Source: a virus. Taken from it: 57,999 nucleotides of DNA. The DNA lies in IMG/VR virus record IMGVR_UViG_3300031962_000004, positions 1 through 57,999 of that record. One strand, written 5' to 3'. The first letter of the stretch is position 1; every line of letters begins with the position of its first letter. The notes below the pieces were generated by a model. That model was not told the origin of the DNA, ran no database searches, and saw nothing but the letters and a program-made list of their open reading frames with translations. Below, piece after piece: positions 42,562 to 50,531 of the stretch. Made by a program: the position numbers and the translations under genes.

Positions 42562-43260
42562 TCATGTCCAGCCCTTGGCTTCCTTTACTTTCTGCCAATG
42601 AGTTATATAACGCCTGTCTTCCGGGTTGCGCCAGATACCGCCGTTGTAGTGGACTACGGGAGCCTCGATGGGACCGTCCGCATCCTCGTATCCCCACATG
42701 GTCTGAAAGATCCGGCGCTCGGAGTCGATCACGGCGCCGGGCAACTGGCCTGTTAGAAAAGAGTTGATCCAGATGGGCTGATCGTTGATCTCCTGGATGA
42801 TCTCGCTCGCCTCGATCATTCTCTCGATCACGTCAATCAGATAGCCGACTTGGCCGAACCATGTTCCCGCGTTGATAAAGCGGTACGGTCCCTTCACCTT
42901 TGGGTATAGCATCTCGTACTCTGGATGCGGCCAGCAGTTCTTTTCCGCACTCAACACGAGGGAAGGGCACCCGAGCAACTCCCATCCTCCAACGATCTCG
43001 CCCTCTCCGCCCTGGAGAAAGGTATCGAATCCGTCCGACCATAGCGCGTGGGTGTAGGCTTGGGTTTCCTGGATGAGTTTCAGGTGCTCCAGGGCCGCGA
43101 CCATCTTACCCACTCGCATGTCGCCCGACGCTGGCCACACGCCGTTCAGTTCGGCGGCTTGGCAGAATCCCAGATCGACATTATTGAGACGGCAAGACTC
43201 GGTGAGGATCGCGGCAAACTCCGGCTTTTCGTAACATGCGGATAGAACGCAGATGTTCAT
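42562..43260 (-). CDS. Putative glycosyltransferase (nucleotide-diphospho-sugar transferase-like)
   Basis: ATG at 43260 after GGGGA; WSDGFDTFL; SAEKNCWP; RFINAGTWFG. Confidence 0.5.
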   Translation of the reverse strand: MNICVLSACYEKPEFAAILTESCRLNNVDLGFCQAAELNGVWPASGDMRVGKMVAALEHLKLIQETQAYTHALWSDGFDTFLQGGEGEIVGGWELLGCPSLVLSAEKNCWPHPEYEMLYPKVKGPYRFINAGTWFGQVGYLIDVIERMIEASEIIQEINDQPIWINSFLTGQLPGAVIDSERRIFQTMWGYEDADGPIEAPVVHYNGGIWRNPEDRRYITHWQKVKEAKGWT

Positions 43261-43385
43261 TGCGTCATCCCCACGCAAACTGCACCTTGGTGAGTTTGTC
43301 CAGATCAAAAATTCGGAGATCGTCATGGTAGCGTGGGTTGTACGCCGCTAACATGAGTGGCGTGAACCCGATTATCTTGAGGCGC

Positions 43386-44174
43386 TTAGACATCCTTCAC
43401 TGGCCTCCACTTTCTTGCGCGAGCCCCCTTGGCGGCGTGCTTCGCCCGCTCCTCTACGATCTTGGGGATAGTATCGGTCGCATACGCCTGCCAGAAATCC
43501 TCTTCCTGCTGCCGCCATAGCAGCGCCCTGTACGCTTTGGACACCCTTCGCATGGCTTCCGTCATGGCTCGCACGGTCTCGACCAAGCCCGCGAAGGAAC
43601 TGATCCGCAGGCGTGGCAAGAATGCAGGTGGGATCTCCACTCGGTTGATGACGCCCTTTCCCCACCGGACCTGAATGTGGACCGTGATCTCAGGCAGACC
43701 GCGGGACGGATCGCGGTTCGACCACCAGGAACGGAATAGCAACAGGCGCCGTCGCATCTCGGAACGCCGAGGTAGGATGTCGGACGCCATTTCCTTCCCC
43801 TCGCGGATATCGGATTCGAGCATCTCCATCCGCCGACACATCGTCGGCGAGGGAGTATAGTGGCCCGAAATCAGAAACCGGAGCGTGCGCCGAGTGATCC
43901 CCAAGAGTCCAGATAGGCGGTGAAGCGAGAGCCCCTGCATTTCCGAAAGGGCCTTAATCCTACCCGGTTGCCAGTCCTTAACGGCCTCGTGGTAGGCTTT
44001 AGAGCGCTGCTGACGCCATTCGTTCGGGTTCATGAGGACCTCAACGACGCGGTTTCTCTGCATCTGGCGCCACTGAAAACGGTAAGTTGAGGGTACATTC
44101 TTCCGTTTCCGGCGCTCTCCACCATCGTAGTATAACGGTCCCTTATTTCGATGTTGGTGCTTTGAAAGAGTCAT
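43386..44174 (-). CDS. Arg-rich protein with a helix-turn-helix segment
   Basis: LSLHRLSGLLGITRRTLRFLISG. Confidence 0.55.
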   Translation of the reverse strand: MTLSKHQHRNKGPLYYDGGERRKRKNVPSTYRFQWRQMQRNRVVEVLMNPNEWRQQRSKAYHEAVKDWQPGRIKALSEMQGLSLHRLSGLLGITRRTLRFLISGHYTPSPTMCRRMEMLESDIREGKEMASDILPRRSEMRRRLLLFRSWWSNRDPSRGLPEITVHIQVRWGKGVINRVEIPPAFLPRLRISSFAGLVETVRAMTEAMRRVSKAYRALLWRQQEEDFWQAYATDTIPKIVEERAKHAAKGARARKWRPVKDV

Positions 44175-45529
44175 TTATTTGCAACAACCTGCACGTTGGG
44201 AGCGGGTTTTGAGTAGTCAATTATCATGGCTGCGGCAATCGCGTCAATAATTGCACTGGCGGTCCACCCTTCCGTCTTTGTCTCCCGGTAGTAGGTTACA
44301 TGGGGTCCGTACCAGCGATCACGGTCGCGGGGGGTCCCCAAAATTTGCGTCTGTGGCATGAACTGGGATTTTACGTCCGGACCAAAGTCTCTGACCGAGT
44401 ACTTCCAATCAGAACGGCACGGCAGCAGTAGAAGGGTCGGAACCCCGAGAAGTGCGGCCAAGTGGAAGCCAGCCGTATCTACCGCCACCACCAGATCCAT
44501 GGATAAGATGTAGCTGGCCGTCTCGTGCCAAGTGGCTAGTTTTTCTTCTTCCTGGATCACTCGCTGCGGCACGCGGAATTTGTCGAACTTATGAAGTCCC
44601 TTATTCTGTGGGCACAGCCCGTAGACGGGTCCGTACTTCGCCAGTTCCTTGGCGACGACTCCCGCCGTGTGATCATCTAGCGATCGGATCTTGCGGACGC
44701 TACCGTTCTCCTCGGCTCGCCAGCAATAGCCGATCCGCGGCGGGTCATGATGAATTCTAGGGACTCGCTCGTGGCTCGGAAGAGTCTCAATGAAGGCGTC
44801 CCGCATCCCGTCAGGCGGAATGTCCGTCCACGACTTCATCTTAAATATGCCCGGGAGGCTCATGATCGAGATGCTATAGTCCCAGTCGGATGCCCGCACG
44901 GACTTCTTGAGTGGGATGATCTCGTTGACACCGAATCTCTTCCAGTCGCAGAAGTCGAGCAACTTATCCCACATCAGAATTCCGACGCGATCGGACATCT
45001 CGCGCACCTTGGGTATCCAACGGCTGAACAGGAAGGCGTCTCCGAACCCACCTTCGGGCACGATCAGTACGCGGGAATTCGGCTCTCCTCGCCACAGCTT
45101 CGTCATGGGCAAGGTTCCCCATGAAGCTGCGAAGCGGCCGGCCTCGAACGCTTCCCAGGAGTACTCGAACTGGCCGAGACGCATCAGTGAGTATGCGAAT
45201 CCAAGAAGAATCTGCTGCATCGAACCATGGGTTGTAGGGGTGGATTCCGCCACCCTGAGTGCCCGCTGAAAGATCGCAGGGACTTCTTGAAACTTTCCCT
45301 GATCGCTATATACCTGGGCGATGTTGTTCCAGACCTCCGCGCTTTTACCCTGCGTCAGCACCAAGCATTCGTGAAGCGTGTCCATCGCTCGTTCAAACTG
45401 ACAGCAACCGCGTTGCGCGGCGGATAGCACCAGAAGATTATCGATGGTGGGTTCCTTCTTAGCCTTCTTAGCTAGAAGCGGAAGTGCGCGGTGCGGGGCG
45501 CCGGCTTGCAGCATTTCAACGGCTGTCAT
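44171..45529 (-). CDS. TPR-repeat + GT9 (heptosyltransferase-like, GT-B) glycosyltransferase fusion
   Basis: N-terminal TPR-like helices (about 130 aa); RVLIVPEGGFGDAFLFSRWIP; DLVVAVDTAGFHLAALLGVPTLLLLP. Confidence 0.7.
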   Translation of the reverse strand: MTAVEMLQAGAPHRALPLLAKKAKKEPTIDNLLVLSAAQRGCCQFERAMDTLHECLVLTQGKSAEVWNNIAQVYSDQGKFQEVPAIFQRALRVAESTPTTHGSMQQILLGFAYSLMRLGQFEYSWEAFEAGRFAASWGTLPMTKLWRGEPNSRVLIVPEGGFGDAFLFSRWIPKVREMSDRVGILMWDKLLDFCDWKRFGVNEIIPLKKSVRASDWDYSISIMSLPGIFKMKSWTDIPPDGMRDAFIETLPSHERVPRIHHDPPRIGYCWRAEENGSVRKIRSLDDHTAGVVAKELAKYGPVYGLCPQNKGLHKFDKFRVPQRVIQEEEKLATWHETASYILSMDLVVAVDTAGFHLAALLGVPTLLLLPCRSDWKYSVRDFGPDVKSQFMPQTQILGTPRDRDRWYGPHVTYYRETKTEGWTASAIIDAIAAAMIIDYSKPAPNVQVVANK

Positions 45530-45678
45530 TTAAGTTTCTCCGCTTTGATCCCCGATTCAATCAGACGCTCGATGAGACGCGACAATACGAAACCGTCCCG
45601 ATCCGCAATCCGGCGCAACATTTTTAGGAGATTCTTTGAAACTTTTACGGATTCGCGTTCCACGGTTCTAGGATACAC
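45526..45678 (-). CDS. Ribbon-helix-helix (CopG/Arc-like) regulator heading the glycosyltransferase operon
   Basis: ESVKVSKNLLKMLRRIADRDGFVLSRLIERLIESGI; GTG at 45678 or leaderless GTG at 45663; ATGA overlap with the GT9 gene. Confidence 0.55.
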   Translation of the reverse strand: MYPRTVERESVKVSKNLLKMLRRIADRDGFVLSRLIERLIESGIKAEKLK

Positions 45679-45715
45679 GTCTCCACCACGGTAGTCAATA
45701 TTATTACTGGTGGAG
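45670..45715 (-). promoter_or_regulatory. Promoter TTGACT-N17-TATCCT bracketed by the 8-bp inverted repeat CTCCACCA/TGGTGGAG
   Basis: -35 at 45698-45693 and -10 at 45675-45670 on the minus strand; IR arms at 45681-45688 and 45708-45715. Confidence 0.4.
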
Positions 45716-45732
45716 TGAGGTGGCGAAACGGT

Positions 45733-46098
45733 TCATTCCTCTAGCAATTGGTAATTGATGATGGGAGATCCGCTGACCGCCTGCATGTTCATCATGAGGG
45801 CGTAAATGGCGTTCGCTCCAGATCCACGGTACGTATCCGCGGCGGAGGCGCCTACGAGCGTGGCACCCTTCTGCACAATGCCGCCCACCGTGGTCCCGGT
45901 GCTTCCATCTCCGATTCTGACGCTCAGGCCAGCAGAGGTCTCCGGGTCCACCTGGAACTGAACCTCGCGCCACGAACCGGATAGGCTAAGATCTATGCCG
46001 AGCTGCGTCTTTACGAGGTCGATAAAGCGGGCCAAGGTCGTCGAGATTGTGATCGAACCGGACATGTACCCCTTGCGGTTAGCGGTGTTCTGCGGCAT
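45733..46098 (-). CDS. Hypothetical protein, 121 aa
   Basis: Track ORF; GAAGGGA 6 nt upstream. Confidence 0.6.
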   Translation of the reverse strand: MPQNTANRKGYMSGSITISTTLARFIDLVKTQLGIDLSLSGSWREVQFQVDPETSAGLSVRIGDGSTGTTVGGIVQKGATLVGASAADTYRGSGANAIYALMMNMQAVSGSPIINYQLLEE

Positions 46099-46128
46099 CG
46101 GATATCCCTTCGGGTGTATTATATACCC
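46099..46128. promoter_or_regulatory. Compact bidirectional AT-rich promoter with overlapping -10 boxes on both strands
   Basis: TATTAT at 46117-46122 (plus) and TATAAT at 46123-46118 (minus) inside a 30-bp divergent gap. Confidence 0.35.
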
Positions 46129-48015
46129 ATGCTAGAACTAAGGGCCTACGGATGGTTGATACTGTTGTCTTTTTTTTGTGCTAGCGCGTGTGCGCAGCCT
46201 ACTCCGGGGGCCTTGACCGTCAACCAGACCACCGTGAATGGCGGGATCACGGGGGACTGCCTCAAGGTCAAGGCGGGCCAGATTTTGGATCAGGGAGCAT
46301 GCGGCGGTGGCGGGGCCGTCTCCCTCACAGGCGGCACGGGTATCAGCGTAAGCCCGAACCCGATCACCGGCACGGGTGTCATCACCAACACCGCCCCAGG
46401 CGCTTCCCCGGCTGGCTCGGCTGTCACGGATGCACAGTGTTGGGCGAGCGCTTCGACGTTCGGGGTGTGCGTAAATCCGATTATTGGTGGTTTGAATATC
46501 ACGGGCCTGCCCATCAGCACCGGCGTCTCTGGCTTGGGAACTGGCATCGCTACCGCTCTCGGTATCAACGTCGGCAGCGCGGGAGCGCCGGTGCTTTTCA
46601 ATGGCGCCGGCGGTACGCCGTCATCGCTGACGCTCACCAATGCTCTTGGTCTGCTGGCGGCGGGTTTGCCAAATGCGGGGGTTTTCACCGGGGATGCCAC
46701 AACCACCTTCCCAGCTCTTACCATCGGTAACAACGCGATCACGGCGATCAAGATGGTGAATGCCGGTGTTTTCACGGGCGACGCGACCAGTACCTTTCCC
46801 GCGATCACGATTGGAGCCGGAGCCATCACCGCCGCCAAGATGGTCAACAGTGGCGTCTTTACGGGAGATGTCACGACTACTTTTCCAGCTATCACCGTGG
46901 CGCGAGTTAATGGCATCACGTACTCTGCCACGGCGGCGGCGCACTCGGTCGAAGTCATCACCACGGCTAATACCACAGCCACGGCTAAAGTGATTCCGGA
47001 CTGCACCGACTCGGCCGGAAATCACATCAACTATACGCAGTCAACCGATGCGTTTTCCTGCGGCACGTCATCGAGCGGCAGTGGAACGGTCACCTCTGTC
47101 GGCTTCACGGGTGGTTTGATTTCGGTGGGGACTCCGACGACGACTCCTGCCTTCACCGTTGCGGGAACTTCCGGCGGAATTCCTTACTTCTCCGGCGCGG
47201 CAACCTGGGCATCTTCTGGAGCCGGAGTTCAGAACGCCATGATGGCCTGGGGCGGGGCGGGGAACGCGCCGACTTCCCCGTTGGCCCTTCTCGTTACTAA
47301 CCAGAATAGCGCCACGGAATTATGGACCCTTTACAATTCGACCCCGACGACTGGTGTGACGGAATTTAAAATCCGTGTTGGGGCAGCCACGACTAACCCG
47401 CCTTTCCACCTGTATGCGAACAATGGAACTACTGAAATTGCCCGCGTTCAGACCAATGGGGTGCTTCGAGGCTCGAATCAGATCATTTCTCATAACTCCG
47501 ACTTGAGCGGTACCGAGAATATAGCTATGAACTCCGTCTCTGGCTCCGGCGGTGAAGGCTTCAGGGCTTCTAGCGTAGGCGGCGTTCGATTCAGCTCCGA
47601 TACTACCTGGTTCGGCAGTGCGGACGGGATGGTTGATCGGGATGCCGCTGGAATTGTCGGCGTCACCAACGGTACACAGGGCACCACCGCCGCGAATTAT
47701 CGCGCGATCGCGGCAAGTGCCCATTACGTAAAAGGGACAACCTTCACAGCTTCCGGCTGCTCGAACGGCACGCTGGTTGGCGGGGCCACGGCGGGTAAGT
47801 TCACGGTGGGCGCTAACTCCTGCACGGTTGTCGTCACCATGGGCAATAGCGCCACAGCGCCGAATGGGTGGTTTTGCAGCCCGCAGGATCAGACCACCGC
47901 AGAACTCACAGCGGGAGTTTATCAATCTGCATCAACCACAACCACGGCGACTTTCACGGTTCCAGTGACGGCGGGAGCTACCGACGTGATCGGCTTTGCC
48001 TGTATTGGGTATTAA
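46114..48015 (+). CDS. Fibre-like repeat protein with an N-terminal signal peptide
   Basis: Track ORF; alternative ATG at 46129; WLILLSFFCASACA/QP; Gly/Thr/Ser-rich; three 29-aa repeats. Confidence 0.6.
   Translation: MYYIPMLELRAYGWLILLSFFCASACAQPTPGALTVNQTTVNGGITGDCLKVKAGQILDQGACGGGGAVSLTGGTGISVSPNPITGTGVITNTAPGASPAGSAVTDAQCWASASTFGVCVNPIIGGLNITGLPISTGVSGLGTGIATALGINVGSAGAPVLFNGAGGTPSSLTLTNALGLLAAGLPNAGVFTGDATTTFPALTIGNNAITAIKMVNAGVFTGDATSTFPAITIGAGAITAAKMVNSGVFTGDVTTTFPAITVARVNGITYSATAAAHSVEVITTANTTATAKVIPDCTDSAGNHINYTQSTDAFSCGTSSSGSGTVTSVGFTGGLISVGTPTTTPAFTVAGTSGGIPYFSGAATWASSGAGVQNAMMAWGGAGNAPTSPLALLVTNQNSATELWTLYNSTPTTGVTEFKIRVGAATTNPPFHLYANNGTTEIARVQTNGVLRGSNQIISHNSDLSGTENIAMNSVSGSGGEGFRASSVGGVRFSSDTTWFGSADGMVDRDAAGIVGVTNGTQGTTAANYRAIAASAHYVKGTTFTASGCSNGTLVGGATAGKFTVGANSCTVVVTMGNSATAPNGWFCSPQDQTTAELTAGVYQSASTTTTATFTVPVTAGATDVIGFACIGY
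46678..46920 (+). repeat. Tandem 87-bp (29-aa) coding repeats, GVFTGD(A/V)T(T/S)TFPA(L/I)T(I/V), 2.8 copies, diverged at synonymous sites
   Basis: Repeat units start at 46678, 46765 and 46852. Confidence 0.8.
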
Positions 48016-48027
48016 GAAACGATTTCC

Positions 48028-49677
48028 ATGAAAACTTTTCTCTCTTTTTTCTTGTTAGCCTTCCCGATCTTCTCGCAAACCCTTGGCGGTTATATCGTCG
48101 TCAACACCGCCTGCGGCGTCGTGGGCGACAAAATCACTGATGACACTGCTGCGCTACAAGCCTGTATCAACGCCGCACCGGATTACGCGGAACTCGTTTT
48201 CCCTGCTGGTCTTCAAATGAAGATCACCGCCGCACTGAACCTTCACGGACGTTATGGCATCCGCTTCCTGGGAGAAACTAGCATCTTTGCGGGTCCGAGC
48301 GCTAATACAGCCGCACCGACCTTTTATTGGTATGGACCAGACGGTGGAACGATGCTCGACATCAACCGCAGCCAGAACTTCCTCATCGAAGGACTGACTT
48401 TCATGAGTTCTGACAACTTCAAGACCGGCACGGGCGGTGCATCCATCGGAATTTATATAACCCAGACGCTCAGTACGGGACCGATTACGACGGATGGGAT
48501 TCTGGAGCGCGTTTCAATATATGGCACAGAGCAGAATCCTGGCTTCCGGGCTATTGTCTTCTCGGAAGGCAGCAATCAGAATGTCGAGAATATGACCGTT
48601 AGAAACTCAGTCGTCTCCTGCTCCTACGGAACTGGTTTTCAGACAGCGTTAGGGCAGGGCATCGTTCTCGCAGGCACGCAAAACGCGCAAGGACATACGT
48701 ACGAGAGGAATACGATCACCAACTGTGCCACCGGCATCTACATCGCAGGCCCAGGCGGAAGCCCATTGAGTATCCTGCGCAACAACTTCAACAGCAACGG
48801 CACGCACATCTATTCCGCGACGACGTATGCGCCTGTCGTGATCGAAGGGTCCGATTCCGAAAACTGCTCTTATTTCTTTCAGGGAACTGGACAGTTGCAA
48901 TTTTCCAATAACCGCGTGGCGGCCTGTTCGCCGCCCTCGGGGAAAGGAGTGTTCGCCTTCGGAGCGACAGGGCAGGTGGTGTTCACGAACAACAAAATCG
49001 AAGGCAATGTCATGCCATTCTCCGCGGATTCCTATGTGTTCATCGTGGACTTCGCCAACAGCTACGGTGCAAATCCTGCGACCATGGCGGCGTCCCGAGT
49101 TGCCATCAAAAGCGGTTCGATCAATACGCTCTCTGCGATGGGATTTCTGTCCACGGGTGGCTCGCAATTAGGGCGATTCGGCTCTGGCAGCGGCCAGGGT
49201 CCAGTCGCCGGTCTTGGACTTTTGGATTATTCAAAGGAATTGAACCGCTGGGCCTCAAGCCAGAACGGATCGAATTGGGTTCCGTTAGCAACTGACCCCT
49301 CACCCGGAATTACTTTGACCGCACAGGGGGCGATGCCCTCCTGCGGAGCCTGGCTAGATCTCCAAAGCAATGGACATCAGGAAGTGTCGTCAGCCTCTAG
49401 GCCCTTCACCCCTGCGGATGTCGGAGGGGTATTGCATCTCAGTTCTGGCGTCAACTTTGTTCCAGCGGATTACATAGTTACGCGGTATTTCAACAGCGGG
49501 ACCGTCTCTCTGATCCAGGACCCAAGTACCAACTTTCAAGCTAACGGCTTCAGCGGATCGTTCACGCTAAATCGAGGCAGGATCATTCGCGTGGAAGGAA
49601 CTTCAGGGGTTGCCGATACGCTGATGATCTGCCAGAAAACCATGGCGGACGTTTATGCTTGGGTGGCGCTGCAATGA
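48028..49677 (+). CDS. Right-handed beta-helix (pectate-lyase-fold) protein with a signal peptide; depolymerase/tailspike-like
   Basis: MKTFLSFFLLAFPIFS/QT; GDKITDDTAALQACINAA...LVFPAG. Confidence 0.65.
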   Translation: MKTFLSFFLLAFPIFSQTLGGYIVVNTACGVVGDKITDDTAALQACINAAPDYAELVFPAGLQMKITAALNLHGRYGIRFLGETSIFAGPSANTAAPTFYWYGPDGGTMLDINRSQNFLIEGLTFMSSDNFKTGTGGASIGIYITQTLSTGPITTDGILERVSIYGTEQNPGFRAIVFSEGSNQNVENMTVRNSVVSCSYGTGFQTALGQGIVLAGTQNAQGHTYERNTITNCATGIYIAGPGGSPLSILRNNFNSNGTHIYSATTYAPVVIEGSDSENCSYFFQGTGQLQFSNNRVAACSPPSGKGVFAFGATGQVVFTNNKIEGNVMPFSADSYVFIVDFANSYGANPATMAASRVAIKSGSINTLSAMGFLSTGGSQLGRFGSGSGQGPVAGLGLLDYSKELNRWASSQNGSNWVPLATDPSPGITLTAQGAMPSCGAWLDLQSNGHQEVSSASRPFTPADVGGVLHLSSGVNFVPADYIVTRYFNSGTVSLIQDPSTNFQANGFSGSFTLNRGRIIRVEGTSGVADTLMICQKTMADVYAWVALQ

Positions 49678-49982
49678 GATTCACCATATTCTTTCTCGCC
49701 CTCGCGCTCCAGGCGCAGGGCCTACCTTTTTGCGCGGGCGGTTCACATCCGTCAAATGAGCCCTGCCGTCCAGTATCAGAAGTTCTTAACCCGGAGGCAA
49801 GATGCGAAGCCACCGACTGGAAAGTCCGCGCGGAATGGCTGGAAGCAAAAGCTGCGCAACTTGAGAGTAAGCTAAACGCTGTGGTGCAAATGTACAACGC
49901 GGATATGGCGTTGACCGGACTCGCGGCCAAGGAGCCGCCTAAGCCTGCGCCCGCCAAATCGCCCGTGCAAGGAGAGAAGTGA
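49674..49982 (+). CDS. Small exported protein, 102 aa, 4 Cys plus a coiled coil
   Basis: ATGA start at 49674; MRFTIFFLALALQA/QG. Confidence 0.55.
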   Translation: MRFTIFFLALALQAQGLPFCAGGSHPSNEPCRPVSEVLNPEARCEATDWKVRAEWLEAKAAQLESKLNAVVQMYNADMALTGLAAKEPPKPAPAKSPVQGEK

Positions 49983-49983
49983 T

Positions 49984-50232
49984 GTGAAACTCTACTGTCC
50001 CAAGTGCGGCACGGTACTCGAACGGGACATGGTGATCACAGAGAAGGAGATGAACGTGTGGCGTCTGTGGGCGAAAGGAATGAGCGTGAAGCAGATCGGC
50101 GATGAACTGGGAATCCCGGATAAAACGGTGGGCTCGCGCAAGTATTCCCTGAGCCAAAAGCTCGGCATTATCGGCCAAGCTACCCCGGCCTCACGAATCA
50201 CGCGCATCTGGATCGAGCGGGGCATGCAATGA
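49984..50232 (+). CDS. LuxR/GerE-type HTH regulator with an N-terminal zinc ribbon, 82 aa
   Basis: CPKCG; EKEMNVWRLWAKGMSVKQIGDELGIPDKTVGSRKYSLSQKLG. Confidence 0.7.
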   Translation: MKLYCPKCGTVLERDMVITEKEMNVWRLWAKGMSVKQIGDELGIPDKTVGSRKYSLSQKLGIIGQATPASRITRIWIERGMQ

Positions 50233-50531
50233 CTGCGCTCGCGCATCTGTGCCTGTGGTGCTCGCCCGTGAGCGTTCACGCGCATCCCCTCGGGCAGCAG
50301 GAACTAATCGTCGTACACCAGCGCGACAAGGCGGCGCATGTGCTCAAGGCCCCCACGTGCCTCGGGAATCCGATCTCGTTCAGCGGCGGCGGCGAGTGGA
50401 GCTTCACTTGCCAGACTTTCATTCCGCCCAAGCAGCAGGCGAGACCCGGAATACAGGCGCTAGCCGCTCCGGCAATCAAGCGGCTTCAGTCTGTTGAGGT
50501 CGACGGCAAGATAAGAAAGGTGAAGCGATGA
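50229..50531 (+). CDS. Small protein, 100 aa, with a signal-peptide-like N-terminus
   Basis: ATGA start; MTALAHLCLWCSPVSVHA/HP. Confidence 0.5.
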   Translation: MTALAHLCLWCSPVSVHAHPLGQQELIVVHQRDKAAHVLKAPTCLGNPISFSGGGEWSFTCQTFIPPKQQARPGIQALAAPAIKRLQSVEVDGKIRKVKR

